45,245 bases of DNA from Octopus sinensis (GCF_006345805.1 NW_021834814.1:1-45245), one strand, 5' to 3'. Counted from the stretch's first letter, positions 22,085-35,806 are shown. Notes: generated by a model not told the origin, from the sequence alone. Translations and numbers: made by a program.

Positions 22085-23750
22085 GTCTGATTTTCACGTT
22101 TTATTTTATGGTATTTTAAAAGAGATATTTTTCTACGATGTTGAAGTGTTTTAAACATTAAAAACATATTTTGTAATGTCCGTAAAGTTGAATTAGCGCT
22201 TTCAAACGTTCGTTGTAATCATCAGATTTCAAAATGTATTTAACTGACAGTTGACTTCTTGACAACTATAGTAAAATGACTGATTTCATCTTTTTATACG
22301 TCTTGGAAGACTCCTACGAGCTGAATTTTTGGAATACGGTTTTGACCAGTCCGCATGCTCCTTAAACGTCACGGTTTGCCTGGCGTACCGATATTACTGG
22401 TATAGATCCCACCTTTATTTTACCAATTAGCTTGTAGTTTACATGTAATGGTTTTATGAATGAGCAAAAACATGGTTTCGATCGTTTTTATTTCAATTGA
22501 TGGGAGTCTTCTGTAATTTGTTTATATTCATGTGTTAAAGATTTTCTTTTAATTCACATCATTAACTGGTTGTTATATTATTGTTGTCATTTCCGTTCAG
22601 AACAGGTTTGAACATTTTAATGAGCCGTTTTTCTTTTATCTTTCTTCCAACCTCACCTGTGTCATGTAGTTTGTGGAAAAGAAAAATTAGCAACATTTTC
22701 TGACCACATGTTTCTATATGTCCGCTCAATGGAATTTGGCGAGCATTAGTGTTCTGGATTTGTTGTCTGTGGATCCGTGAGCGTTCCGATAATGCATTCC
22801 CTGTCTCTCTCTATATATAGTTCTTCGCAATTCGGGCATTTTATGCAGTAGATCAAATTTCTGCTTTTGCAGGTTATATCTGCATTTGTGAAAATCTGTT
22901 CCTTTTTTTGTTCTAATGGATCTACTTGTATGTATGCATTGACACATTCCCCATCTGTTATCATTACACTTGGATACTGTGAATGTTTTATACTGTTTGT
23001 TCATGTTAAATTTTGCCTTTGTTAATAGTTTCTTTGGGTTATGTGTTTACTTTTACAAGATAAGTACTTGATTACTCACCATGCTTTTTTTAATTTTTCA
23101 CTTTGTTTCATGATTGGCAAATTTGCCTTGATGATGTTAAAAATGTTTTGATAATGCGGATTGTGTGTTATGAGAAATAGTATTGTGTTCCGTTGATGGA
23201 TTTGTTTTTTTCGTGTTGCCCTAAGTTGTTCTATAGGTATCTCTTTTGCTCGTTGTATGCTATTTTCTATAAGTAGGAGAGGGTAATTTTGCTTCAGCAG
23301 TAATCCTTTGAGTTCTATACGTCGCATGTTCCTAGTATTTGGATCATCTACTTACTATAGTACAAATTTTCCTGACTAGACAGTACGGGATGTTGCGTTT
23401 TGTGGGTGTTGGGTGGCATGATTTGAAATTTAGGTACTGATGTGCATCTGTGCTTTTGTAATAAATACCAGTTGTGAGTGTAGTGTTGTTTTAATTACCA
23501 TTATGTCAAGAAATGGTGAACGTGTGTTGCTTATCTCTCTGTTTTCTATAAGTATTGGGATACTTGGGACAAAACCTATATCATAAAAATTGAAGAGAAC
23601 TACGGCAAGACTTTTAGAAGACCTGTAGAGGACATATGGAAAAGATACCTCGATGATTGTTTCCTAATTTGGACCAAATCCCTAGAAAACCGGGAAGAAA
23701 TCAGTACCCTCCTCAACAATCTACACCCTAGTCTCAAATTCACAAGAGAA
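22085..23750 (-). mobile_element. Decayed PLE (RT C-terminus plus GIY-YIG plus 3' region) with 5' inverted segment
   Basis: Minus strand: PFLDIMVI..YYKSTDAHQYLNFKSCHP and ITCKSRNLIYCIKCPNCEELYI. Plus strand 23540-23750: [22 protein letters not shown] (RT YxDD). Confidence 0.88.
22189..22231 (-). ncRNA. Degenerate minimal type I hammerhead at the PLE 3' end
   Basis: Minus strand GAAAT-CTGATGA-ttacaacgaacgttt-GAAA-GCGC-TA-ATTC; palindromic AGCGCT stem III, stem II poorly paired. Confidence 0.55.
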
Positions 23751-23751
23751 A

Positions 23752-23922
<171 letters not shown>

Positions 23923-25124
23923 TTACTGGTGTCGTGCCAAAACGTGTTACCAATATTGCAGACAAGGTTATCTTTGTGTGCAAAGGTAAGTAGCCACTTA
24001 AAAACCATTTGTAAACGAGGACGAAGCGATTCCAAATAAGTCCACTGCTACAACAATTTCTTTGAAATTAGATTGGTAAAAAATTGTTTAACCTGTACAA
24101 GAAGCATCAAGGAAAGCTATTCGTCCCGAGTCATATGTCACCAGCTGTTTGATCTTTGTACAAGCAATTAATTTTGGTGGACATTCTAATCCAGATGTTG
24201 AATGTCATATCTAAGTTGCCTCAAGGATCCGTCGACTGAGAACTGTAGCTGCTGTTTTTACTGGAGCAGGCAGTTCGCAATGTTTAAGATCCTCGGTAGC
24301 CATCGACCAAAGTTCAGTGCTTGGTTGAACATTACAGAGGTTAACTCCAAAGATTATTTAATTTTTTCCCCCGCTCCAGTGACTATGGCAAAGTTACTGT
24401 GAATCTGATGGGGAACTGGTATAGAAAATAAAAGCGAAGTATTTCGTCCTTTATTTATTTATTTATTTTCTCTTTGTCTTTATCTTGGATGTGAGACATT
24501 GTGATGTCTTCCAATGAACTGTTTCGATCAGCCTCATCTTTCAAGAGGCAGCTTCTCTTGCAAACTTCATGGCATGTTACGCAGACACATACAGCTTGTG
24601 TTTTTAAATTCTCGAATGACACTAGACAAACAAATATTGAGCAAGTAGTTGTCTGAGATAAAACCACTCAAAGAAACGGGATGACACGACTGGGCGCAGC
24701 CGTTTCGGCACTAGAAATTCGGCACAGCTGACTGGACATTGAACCTGTTATGGCGAAAGTACTTTTTCTTTCTTATTTACTGGACTGCATACTGTTCCTT
24801 GCAGTAGAATCAAGCGAATTAATGTAATTACGTGACTCACGTTCTTCAGATTCCTACACACACATACACACATGTATATATATATATATTTAGTTGTAAA
24901 TTGTAAAACATAACAGCCACCATTACTACATGAACCTAAAGATTGCGTATTTTAAATGCATGAAAGTACTAGGTCAATCAGAAAGGACATTTAATATTCT
25001 ATCATTTCATTATATTATATTATATTATGCTATGTTATCATAAGATTGCAAATAAAGCGTGAAAATCAGATAAAGTTGGAATTTCTTTGAGTAATATATT
25101 CTTCTAAACACAGCCATACACACC

Positions 25125-25520
25125 TGTTCCACGTCTCTGTCCTTCTGTTGTAACAAAATGTCTTTTCCGTTTTCGTTCTGTTGATTTTTTCGTCTTCCTG
25201 TGATGTCCTGTACGTATATATATTTATATATGCATGTATATATACATGTAGATGTCGGTACGTACATATACGTTTGTATGTATGCATATATTTTATTTAT
25301 TACACTATTGTCTGACAGCGCTTCGCGTCGGGTTCGTTTGAATTTTCGATTTTTCGAATTCTCACTTCGTTCCGTCTCTTCCTCCTTGTCCGTTTTTACA
25401 GTTTACTACAATGATGCGAAATTCTCTCCCTTTGCTTTACCTTCCCTTCTCTCTCTCTCTTGCTCTCTCTACCTCACCCTTCTCTCTAGCCTGTGTCTTC
25501 CTCTATCTGACTGTCTCTCT

Positions 25521-25583
<63 letters not shown>

Positions 25584-26261
25584 CCACTCCTCCTCACTTT
25601 TGTCACTGCTAAACCTTTCCGCCTGTTGCATTCAGGCCCTAAGGTCATGTTTCCTCGCGCTCGCCAGTTACCTATCTCGTCCCAGCCAGAACAAAGGCCT
25701 TCGTTCGTCTTTTTCGTTTATTCTCTTGTTTATTTTTGATTTCTCGTATTGCAATTTAATTCTCGTTATGTATTTTCTTGTACATGTATCTTTATTTTGT
25801 ATTATTTATTTTTTTCTTGTATGTATTTTTTGTGCAGTTCTTTGTTACGTCCCTTTTTGTGTTACATTCTTTCTCGCTCGTTTACCCCTCTACGAGTTTA
25901 TTTTATTTTAATTCTCTCGTAGGAAGGCCTGGCTTGGCTATACGTGTTCTGTCTCTGCCTTCGAAACACGTGTCTGCTAGCGACAGCTGATGAAGGGGAG
26001 TTTTCCTTGTGCAGCATGTCCTGTACTTCGTTTTTCTGCTGCACATAATTGTTTTTCCTGTTTTCGTTTTCGTTTCGTCGTCTTGTTCCACGTCTCTGTC
26101 CTTCTGCTGTAACAAAATGTCTTTTTCGTTTTCGTTCTGTTGATTTTTTCGTCTTCCTGTGATGTCCTGTACGTATATATATTTATATATGCATGTATAT
26201 ATACATGTAGATGTCGGTACGTACATATATGTTTGTATGTATGCATATATTTTATTTATGA

Positions 26262-26267
<6 letters not shown>
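25125..26267 (+). mobile_element. About 1.2-mer of a 959-bp non-coding element carrying the permuted hammerhead; 184-bp terminal direct repeat
   Basis: 25125-25308 is repeated at 26084-26267; ends in (TA)n. Confidence 0.8.
25890..26008 (+). ncRNA. Non-circularly permuted hammerhead-like RNA, all core nucleotides intact
   Basis: ACGTG-TT-CTGTC (25942-25953), GCCTTC-GAAA-CACGT (25957-25971), GACAG-CTGATGA-AGGGG (25982-25998). Upstream CTACGAG/CTCGTAG hairpin, then GAAGGC. Confidence 0.78.
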
Positions 26268-26334
<67 letters not shown>

Positions 26335-26479
26335 TATATACATACATATATATAATATATATATATAAGAATTTTTGCGTAATAATACAAAAAACCAAGG
26401 CTGTTTCTAGGATATTTATTAATTATATCCCTTCATCGGAGACGGTGTGAGAGGATGATTAAGTCTATACATACATACA

Positions 26480-26590
<111 letters not shown>

Positions 26591-27349
26591 AATCATTGAC
26601 AAAGAAATTTTTTTTAAAGCGGTCTAAATGCAAAGAGTTTCCATACAATCAACCAAATTGATTTATTGAAACACAGAAGAACGTTCTTAAAGTATTCAAA
26701 AAAAATCCATATAAGGTTATAAATTATAAATTTTGTATGGTTATAAATTATGCAACATAGAGGTTAAATGATTACCTCACATGACTTACGATAATATAAA
26801 TACAAATTAGTTCATAGGAGAGCCGAAGCTGGAAAACAGCATCTAGGCTAATAAAATTTGTTTCTAAAAAAAGATAAAAGAAAGAAAACGCTAAAAAATT
26901 ATAAGATGAAATTATTACAAATTTTTGAGCGTTAGAAATATGAAAGTGAGTTAATATCAACCTAGACAAAAAGCTAATAAAACATTAACAGGCTTAATAA
27001 ACGCGATTTTAATAATAAAATGTTTCTAGATTTTAAAATTGAAGGGAAATGTTTTTACTGAAATATAACATTGCAGGTTTTTGTTTTGATATGTGTTGAA
27101 AGAGAATGGTTTGAGATAGACAAATAAAATGTTGAAGATATGTATGTAATAAACTTTGAGAGTGGCAACAATAAAACGATTAAGAAGTAGTTTGAAGTTT
27201 CTCGGTGATAATTATTATAAAATCGTAAAATTATATATGTATCGTTCACTGTGAACAAGTGTCTATACAAAACATCTAGAATATATGCATGTATGATATA
27301 CATGCAAAATTATTTAGAATATATACAAGTATTAAGAGAAGGGAATATA

Positions 27350-27915
27350 CTAGGTTGTCCGGAAAGTTCGTGCCGATGTATAGTAGCTTACATTTCGACT
27401 TATTTTAGAACGTGGTTGAGTTAATAAAATAGGATTTGACTACGCCTCCATTTAGAGCACACTTTAAGCTGCCTTTTCGTGGAAGAAGGTTTATATTCCT
27501 ATAACCTGTCTTAATTCTGTAACCCTTTAAAATGGAAGATAGGAAAGTTCATTTTCGGTACTTGATGCTTTGGGAACCAGACAAAAATTGCAGCAGCTCG
27601 GCTGGGATGTGTTACCCCACCCTCCATATTCACCAGATATTGCTCATTCGGATTTCCACTAATTCAGGTTTCTGCAGAATAGTCTTAAAGGTAAAACTTT
27701 CGATTCCTTGGATGACGTAAAAAGATACCTTGATGAATTTTTTGCCATGAAAACACCTCAATTCTGAGAAGAGGGTATTTTCAAGTTAAAGGAAAGATGG
27801 AGACGCATTGTGCAACAAAATGGTACATGCTTGGTTGATTAAAAATGTAATGGCAAGTATTTATTGACCTATTTCTTTCCTTTAAAAATCGGCACGAACT
27901 TTCCGGACAACCCAT
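27350..27915 (+). mobile_element. Internally deleted mariner element
   Basis: TIRs GGTTGTCCGGAAAGTTCGTGCCGAT / ATCGGCACGAACTTTCCGGACAACC. Remnants MEDRKVHFRYLMLWE and LGWDVLPHPPYSPDIAHSDFH (YSPDLAPxD motif). Confidence 0.9.
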
Positions 27916-27919
27916 TCTG

Positions 27920-28520
27920 AAGGCGGCGAGCAGATAAAATCGACTAAATGCGTAGTAGCATTTCATCTGACTTAAGTTTAAGTTCAAATTCCACTGAGGT
28001 TGACTTAGACTTTTATCCCTTTCGGAGTCGATTGAAAAATGAATACCAGTTGAGGACTTAGGTCGATGTAATCAATTCGAAATTGCTGGCCTTGTACCAA
28101 TACAGAACATTCCTTTTTGCTGAACAACTGCAGTAGAATTGAGCGGAACACTATTTTGGTTTCTAATATTACAGTTTATGTAAAGCGGTGAGCTGGCAGA
28201 AACGTTAGCCGCCGGGCGAAATGCTTAGCGGTATTTCGGGGTCGATTAAATAAGTACCACTTACACACTGGGGTCTATGTAATCGACTTAATCCGTTTGT
28301 CTGTCCTTGTTTGTCCCCTCTCTGTGTAGCCCCTTGTGGGTAGTAAAGAAATAGGTATTTCGTCTGTCTTTACGTTCTAAGTTCAAATTCCACCGAGATC
28401 GATTTTGCCTTTCACCCTTTCGAGATCGTTAATTTAAGTACCAGTTGCGTACTGGGGGGGGGCGATATAATTGACATGCCCCCTCCCCCAAAATTTCGGG
28501 CCTTGTGCTTAGAATAGAAA
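27920..28520 (+). mobile_element. Cluster of SINE family B copies
   Basis: GGCGGCGAGC / GCGGTGAGCTGGCAGAAACGTTAG heads, AGTTCAAATTCC boxes, shared with 37660-38240. Confidence 0.75.
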
Positions 28521-30459
28521 ATAATATTATAGCTTATGTATTGAGCGTTAGGAATCACTCGGCGGAATTTTAAAGAATAAATCCTTATAAAGTTAATACA
28601 ATCATAATTGAATAATAAGTAGTTTAATAAAACCGCTAGAAGAACATTAAAGAAATTATACAAGCGTTGAATTACCGCCAGAAACTGCAAGAACGCTGAA
28701 ATTGAGCAGCTACGTAGTTTTTAAAAGATTGGGCTGATAATAGGATTATGACTATCGCTGTAGAAGTTAACAAAGAGAGAGAAGTGATATTCTTATCAGT
28801 TATATACTATATAAAAAAAAAAAGAAAGAGCATACTAAAAGGCATATAAGTGCGATTACAATGAATATTAAGACTGAAAATTTCATCAACTGACGCAATG
28901 TATTCATTGAAATCTACAGATAAATACGATAGTAGAGTTATACCTACATTCCTACAGATATACACAATGGCAAGTCAAGATAAATTCATATAACTTACAT
29001 ACACCAATACGTACGTACGTACGTAAGCAAATCTACGATACACACGCGCGCACGCACAGACACACGGGGATAAGTCAGTGAATAATGCAATATTTATCTG
29101 TATTACATTTTGATTCAGCTCTATATATATATATGAGGGTGAATCAAGACGTAATGCAAATGGAAATTGCATTTTCTGACACAGTCTCGTGCGCCCACAC
29201 GCGTGTATATGTTGTTGTTGTTAAGCAACAATACGGATAAGGGTGATTAGGTGATGATCTAGGGCTTAGGGACGGGAGACCCCAGACCTTGGGAAATATA
29301 AAACTTTGGTCGTCATGTTGTAGTCGAGGGCTCTTCGTTGACGCCCGACACCACTGGGAGGTGGCCCTCGAAGTCGCTGGAAATGGAGATCTCCAGGTCC
29401 AAATTCTTGAACGGCCGCGTGTATGTGTGCGCGCGCGTGTTTAATAAAGGTGACTAGACGCAATTTAAGACAAAAAAGGAAAAAGTTTCACCGTCACTGA
29501 AAGTGACTAAGGGTGCAAGGCAGCACCAGCATTGCTAGAAGCAAGAGTCAAAGACTCTTTAATCACAAACGAAGCACGGTTTTATGTATTGACAAGGGAG
29601 ACAACCTCCCCATAGCAGGCGAAGGTATCAGATTGGCACGCTAATTTCGCATGAAATTAATGCTCATCGGTGTGCTACTCCATAAATGTGTGTGTGTGAA
29701 CGATTGATCATATCAACTTACATCCACATACAAGATAATTAGATTTGAAATGAATAAATTTTCTTGTTGTTGTATTTAGGAATGGTCATGTTGCCAGTTT
29801 AGCCAATAAAAACACACGCACTATATATTTGGTGTTAATTTACTCTTTATACTCTTTTACTTGTTTCAGTCATTTGACTGCGGCCATGCTTTGCTTGAGC
29901 TTTATTTATTTTTTACATTAATCTTAATCTTATTTCGGCCAGAGTTCTTTTGTCACACTTCTGTAACCTCATCAGTGGTTCTTTGCTTTCTTCTTATCTT
30001 ATTAATTTTCATTAAATTGTTAAACAGTCGGTAATGGATCACCGTCGTTCGACGATCAGGATTCAGTTGTTCGATCAAATGAATTACCTGCTCCTGACTA
30101 AACGTGTACGTGGCTGAGCATTCTGTGGGCATGTGTAGACTTAACATTATTCTCCGGTACTATCTGTGTGACATAGTGTGTAACAAAGCTGCAGCTTTGG
30201 AATCACAGGCGCAATCTACGTGATAAGCTTCTATACAGTTTCCACCTACCAAGTTGTACTTACAGGGTACGAGTCAACGCGAGATTATAGAAAATAACAT
30301 TTGACTAAAATGACATACTGTGGGATAGAACTCGGGACTTCACAGTTACGAAACCAGTTCGGCCATACTGCGTCTCCAAATATCAAGGATAGAAGTTAAA
30401 TATAAAGATTGAAATAGGTAGGAAATTAGTGTAGCATCATTTAAATTCTCTCTCCCTCC

Positions 30460-30460
30460 C

Positions 30461-30530
<70 letters not shown>

Positions 30531-30616
30531 CGTCCATCTATCAATCTATCTTCTCTATCTATCTTCTCCATCTATCTATCTATCTGTCTGTCCGTCTATC
30601 TATCTATCTATCTATG

Positions 30617-30689
<73 letters not shown>

Positions 30690-30828
30690 GTCTGTCTGTC
30701 TGTCTGTCTGGCTGTCTGACTGGCTGTCTGTCTGTCTGGCTGTCTATCTATCTATCCATCCATCTATCAATCTATCTTCTCTATCTATCTTCTCCATCTA
30801 TCTATCTATCTATCTATCTGTCTGTCCG

Positions 30829-30885
<57 letters not shown>
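30460..30885. repeat. (TATC)n/(TGTC)n microsatellite with internal duplication
   Basis: Direct reading. The CCATCTATCAATCTATCTTCTCTATCTATCTTCTCCATC unit occurs twice. Confidence 0.95.
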
Positions 30886-31193
30886 GCTTCGATCTTTCTA
30901 TTTATATCTATTTAGCTAACTGGCTTTTGTCTATTGTTGGTATGTTTGATTAATGTGAAGGAAGAGCTGCCAACACAAATCTTCAAAGTTTTTGGTGTCA
31001 AATATATAAATATTAATATTTTAAAGAAAGAATGAAGCATACAATATATTTTAAGTATGAGTAAGATTAAAGAGAAAAAAACAGTTACAGCTAAATAATA
31101 TGTGTGTGTGTGCGCGCGTATGTGTGTGTGTGCGCGCATATGTGTGTGTGTGCGCGCGTATGTGTGTGTGTGCGCGCGTATGTGTGTGTGTGT

Positions 31194-31271
<78 letters not shown>

Positions 31272-31283
31272 GTGTGTGTGTGT

Positions 31284-31323
<40 letters not shown>

Positions 31324-31766
31324 CAAACGCACACGAATATATGAAGTAGATAACTTATTAAATAAAGACTAATACTAAAGAAAACGAAGAATGGGATTAT
31401 TTTCAAAGTAGAAATAAGACAAAAAGATTATACGTAGTGAAAAAAATCCATAGGTAGGAATATATAAGGATACACGCTTATGTACGTATATACATATACT
31501 ACAACAACAACAACACACACACACACACAAACACACACAAACATAGACACATAATTATACATACATTTGTATGTATGTATGTATATATGTATGTATGAAT
31601 ATGTTTCAAGTATTAATAACACAAAGATTATATCTAGAAAATATATACTACAGACTAAATATAAAGATATATTTATGTATATACATGTGTGTCTGTATAT
31701 ATATATAGTAAATATGCCTGTACAATATAATTCATACACACACACTCACACACACATACATACATA

Positions 31767-31850
<84 letters not shown>

Positions 31851-31977
31851 TAATTAGAGACAAAACCACTATTAGGCAAATCAAACAATGAAAGACTTAA
31901 GCCAATACATATGATTAATTTATATTATTTAAATATGTAACAAAATTATTAAAAAATATAATTAACATCCCACTACG

Positions 31978-32040
<63 letters not shown>

Positions 32041-32309
32041 GTGTGTAGAATATTTGTACAGGTATATTTAGTATATATATACAAGTATATACATACGTAT
32101 ATCTTTATATTTAGTCTGTATGTATTTCCTCGTATGTCCGTATCTATGTATACATTCTCTATGTGTTATTGTTTTGTCGTAAATATATTCCCATTTTATA
32201 TGCATTCCTGTTCTTTAAAGATACGTACATGCAAATGTACATACATTTACACACAGAAACACACACACATACACACATACATACATACACACACACACAT
32301 ATACTAAAA

Positions 32310-33057
32310 TCAATAAAGGGAGAACTATAAACTTGTCATCAGGAGTGGAAAATCCACCGTTTCGGATAGGGGTGTTTCTTCATGGAAAAGTTAAAATTTG
32401 TGAGATCATTGAGAGACAGCAGAGTTACACCATTATCCGAGGTAAAAAAATTTTTTAAATGGCTGCAACTGAGAAGGAACGCAGGACCACGTGAGCTTCA
32501 TACGTGAACAAGAAGGAGTAGGAGAAACAGTGTGAGACGTAGGGAGGAAAGAGTAATGGAATGCATTGAAACAGGCTAAGTCGAGAGTGAGGTTCATGAA
32601 CAAGATGAGGTGAGAAGGAAGGTGAAAGATAAAAAAGGATTTAATGAACTAAGAGGAGATGCATGAGTAGAAGAAAGACGTGTGCGATGCCGTATACTGA
32701 TAAGTGAGTGGTGGAATGGCCAGAAGTGGATCGCGAGAGGTTGGCCGGCCACACGTAAGAGTATACTTTGAATATGTCCCCGAAAGCAATTAGTAAGGCA
32801 TCGGCTAGTTCCCCTAATGTTAAGGGTGCTGCAAAAGTTGCATGTTATGAAATAACTGTAAGACTTTGAATTTTTTCCAATTATAATAATGTAAAGGCGT
32901 AGGAGTGGCTGCGTGGTAAGTAGCTTGCTTACGAACCACATGGTTCCGGGTTCAGTCCCACTGTGTTGCATCTTGGGCAAGTGCCTTCTACTATAGCCTT
33001 GGGCCGGCCAAAGCCTTGTGAGTGAATTTGGTAGACGGAAACTGAAACAAGCCCATC

Positions 33058-33145
<88 letters not shown>

Positions 33146-35092
33146 ATGTATGTAAGTGTGTATGTTTGTGTGTCTGTGTTTGTCCCCCCTAAAATCGCTT
33201 GACAACCAATGCTGGTGTGTTTACGTCCCCGTAACTTAGCGGTTCAGCAAAAGACCGATAGAATAAGCTGTGCTCCAGCATGGCCACAGTCACATGACTG
33301 AAACAAGTAAAAGAGAAAAAGAGTAAAGAGTATATGACTTGAGATGTTTGCCTTGCCTTAACGTTTGTTGTCCTCTTTAACAATTATATATTCGCTACAT
33401 CGGAAATCTGCAATGTACTACTGTCTCGGGTATAACCTTGGAGCCCTAGTAATCCGTTACAGCACTTACCTAGCGTACCTAATTGTTTAGATCCCCTGTG
33501 ATCTAAACCCCCGTATTTTGTATTATGAAATATATAAAGTTAGACGGCACTCAGCTGAAGTTCTGAGTAATATGATATTATGTCTTAGGCCCAGTGATGG
33601 TTGTAGAACTGTATAAGTTGGGGCAGGTGTTGCATCGTTGCGAGCGCATTTAAAAGTGCCTGCTTGGTAGGATGGGCTTTGTGCAGTTTCTTACTGGGAG
33701 ATTTCCGAGGTTCTTATCTTTTACAGTCGATGTTCTTATCTTTTAAAGGTGGTGCGAGAAAGATTAGAGTGGTTGAGGAGTTAAAAAGTAGAATATGGAA
33801 GTTGCGGATGAGTGTATACTTCAATGAGAGGACGGGTGTGTGGAAGGTGAGAAAAAGTGGAATACGGTCTGTAGGCTTGCGTGAAGAGGGTACGAGAGCT
33901 GTGACACGATCGATGGTCTGAGTGCGGCTTTGTGCCGGGTCTACAACTGATCGGGAGTCCTCGCATTATTTGGCACTAAGATTTGAAATCGGAATCAATG
34001 CTGCAAAGCCGGCGAAAGCGACGAGAAGAAGAGTTGTGAAGATAGGAGGAGTCAGTATGTTTGTAGAGGACAGAGGTAGATAGGTGGATATTGTTTATGA
34101 TTCAATGTAGCCTTTAAACAAGCTGGCATAATTGGCGCCCATCCTAGTTCCCATAACAACGCCACTGACTTTGTTTATAAATTTCCCCAGCGAAGGAAAA
34201 TCAATTAGCGGTCAGGAAGAGATCGTCTAGGCGGAGGAGTGTAGTAGAAGTTCAGGGTTCAAGCAGGAGGCAACGGTCTAAGAAGTGTTTAAGGACAAGT
34301 AGGCCATCATTATGGAGGATGACTGTACAGTGATTTGCTATCTATGGTGAAAAAAAGTTTGGACTCTCCAGATGGAAAAGAAACGAGTTGAAGAAATTTG
34401 AGGCATGGTTGTCTTCTATGTGAGAGGGTAAGGTAGCAATGTGGTTAGAAGCAGCGGGAGAAAGTGAACCGGAAGAGATAAATCCATGATCAGTGGTGGA
34501 CACTTGTTTCTCCTAATGGCTGGTAAAATCGTTTGATGTCTCCATGTAGAATCGAGGTTTGTTCATTCGGCAGATTGCTTCTTGTCTGTGCAGGTCGGAT
34601 ACTAAACTACGACAGGATCTGCTTTGTCGACTGGTTTCATAACGATATATCACCGTATACGGAGCTTCTGGGGGATTCTAGTTCTGATGGTGAGGGTTCA
34701 ATTTAGGGAACAGAAGAAGAAAGAAGACATGCACCCAACACCAGAGTTGAAGACTCCTCCGAAAGGTGGCGGGGCGCCACGTCAAAACGATAGAGGAGTA
34801 GGGGCCGAAACCGGACGTGGTTCCTCCTGATGATGTCTTGAGCTAACTGGATCCTATAAAGGAGTTGTTGTGGTAGCAGACCACGCAACACTGTTGAAAT
34901 CCCTTTTTCTTTAAATTGAAGTGGCCTACATTGATACGGAGTTTATTGACAAATATATCGACCGAGTGATGTAAGCTCGGCTGGAGATGTGCAAAATGAT
35001 GCAGATCTCTGAGTTTAGTAAAGTCGTCCTCTATTTGGGATTTGGGCTTCTGTTGTGGAAGCAGGTCTTGAGTTAGGTTCGACGGAGAAAAC
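32310..35092 (-). mobile_element. Long, heavily decayed PLE (RT plus GIY-YIG) interrupted by a SINE
   Basis: Minus-strand remnants DIVMKPVDKA (about 34650), VSGVVMGTRMGANYASLFKGY (about 34170-34110) and YFITCNFCSTLNI.GTSRCL..FRGHI..PLAIHF (about 32860-32725). Confidence 0.8.
32895..33331 (+). mobile_element. SINE family A inserted in the PLE
   Basis: Head, central microsatellite and 3' half as at 1541-1958. Confidence 0.85.
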
Positions 35093-35096
35093 ACTC

Positions 35097-35129
<33 letters not shown>

Positions 35130-35130
35130 T

Positions 35131-35167
<37 letters not shown>

Positions 35168-35806
35168 ATTTGTGTTTTTGTGTGTGTGCATTTCCCTGTA
35201 ATATTTCAATGGCATATAAAACAACTTAATTAATAACGAGCCGTCTTGTGCTCAAATACGCAAAGTAGGTTATCTTCTTATGCTTGCCTCGTTTCTGACT
35301 CCTTTGTGTAACAGAGTAAGATTCTAAACTATTTATTCGCAAAAGATGCAGAGCATGTCATCTCTAGTGAGCGCCCGAGATAATGGTGAGACACTCAGTT
35401 AAAAATAAATAGCCCCATTTTTTCCGTTCATCAAATCATTCAAATACGTTCACAATATTCTTACTTTATTTACACCTTGGCTTTATAATACGTGTGTATG
35501 TACGTATATATTTTTATGTATGTATGTATGTATGTATGTATGTATGTATGTATGTATGTATGTATGTATGTATGAATGTATGTATGTATGTATATATGCG
35601 TATATACATATTGCATGTAATATATATTATACATACATACACATATATATATATATGTATGTATATTTGTACATAAACATACATACATGCATACATACAT
35701 ATGCATATTTATATATATATATATATATATACATACATATATATATGTATGTATATTTGTACATAAACATACATACATGCATGCATACATATACATATTT
35801 ATTTAT

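Noticed and set aside
22465-22520. Additional hammerhead (minus CAGAAGA..GAAA-CCATG)
   Set aside because: Core mutated and stems I and II do not pair convincingly.
25957-25998. Conventional type II hammerhead using the local GAAA-CACGTG-TC as stem III
   Set aside because: Stem I cannot form in register after that C, and the paralogues at 8.4 and 36.5 kb lack the local palindrome but keep pairing with the upstream strand. Retained only as an alternative to test.
29266-29463. GC-rich 65-aa ORF
   Set aside because: No recognisable domain in any frame.
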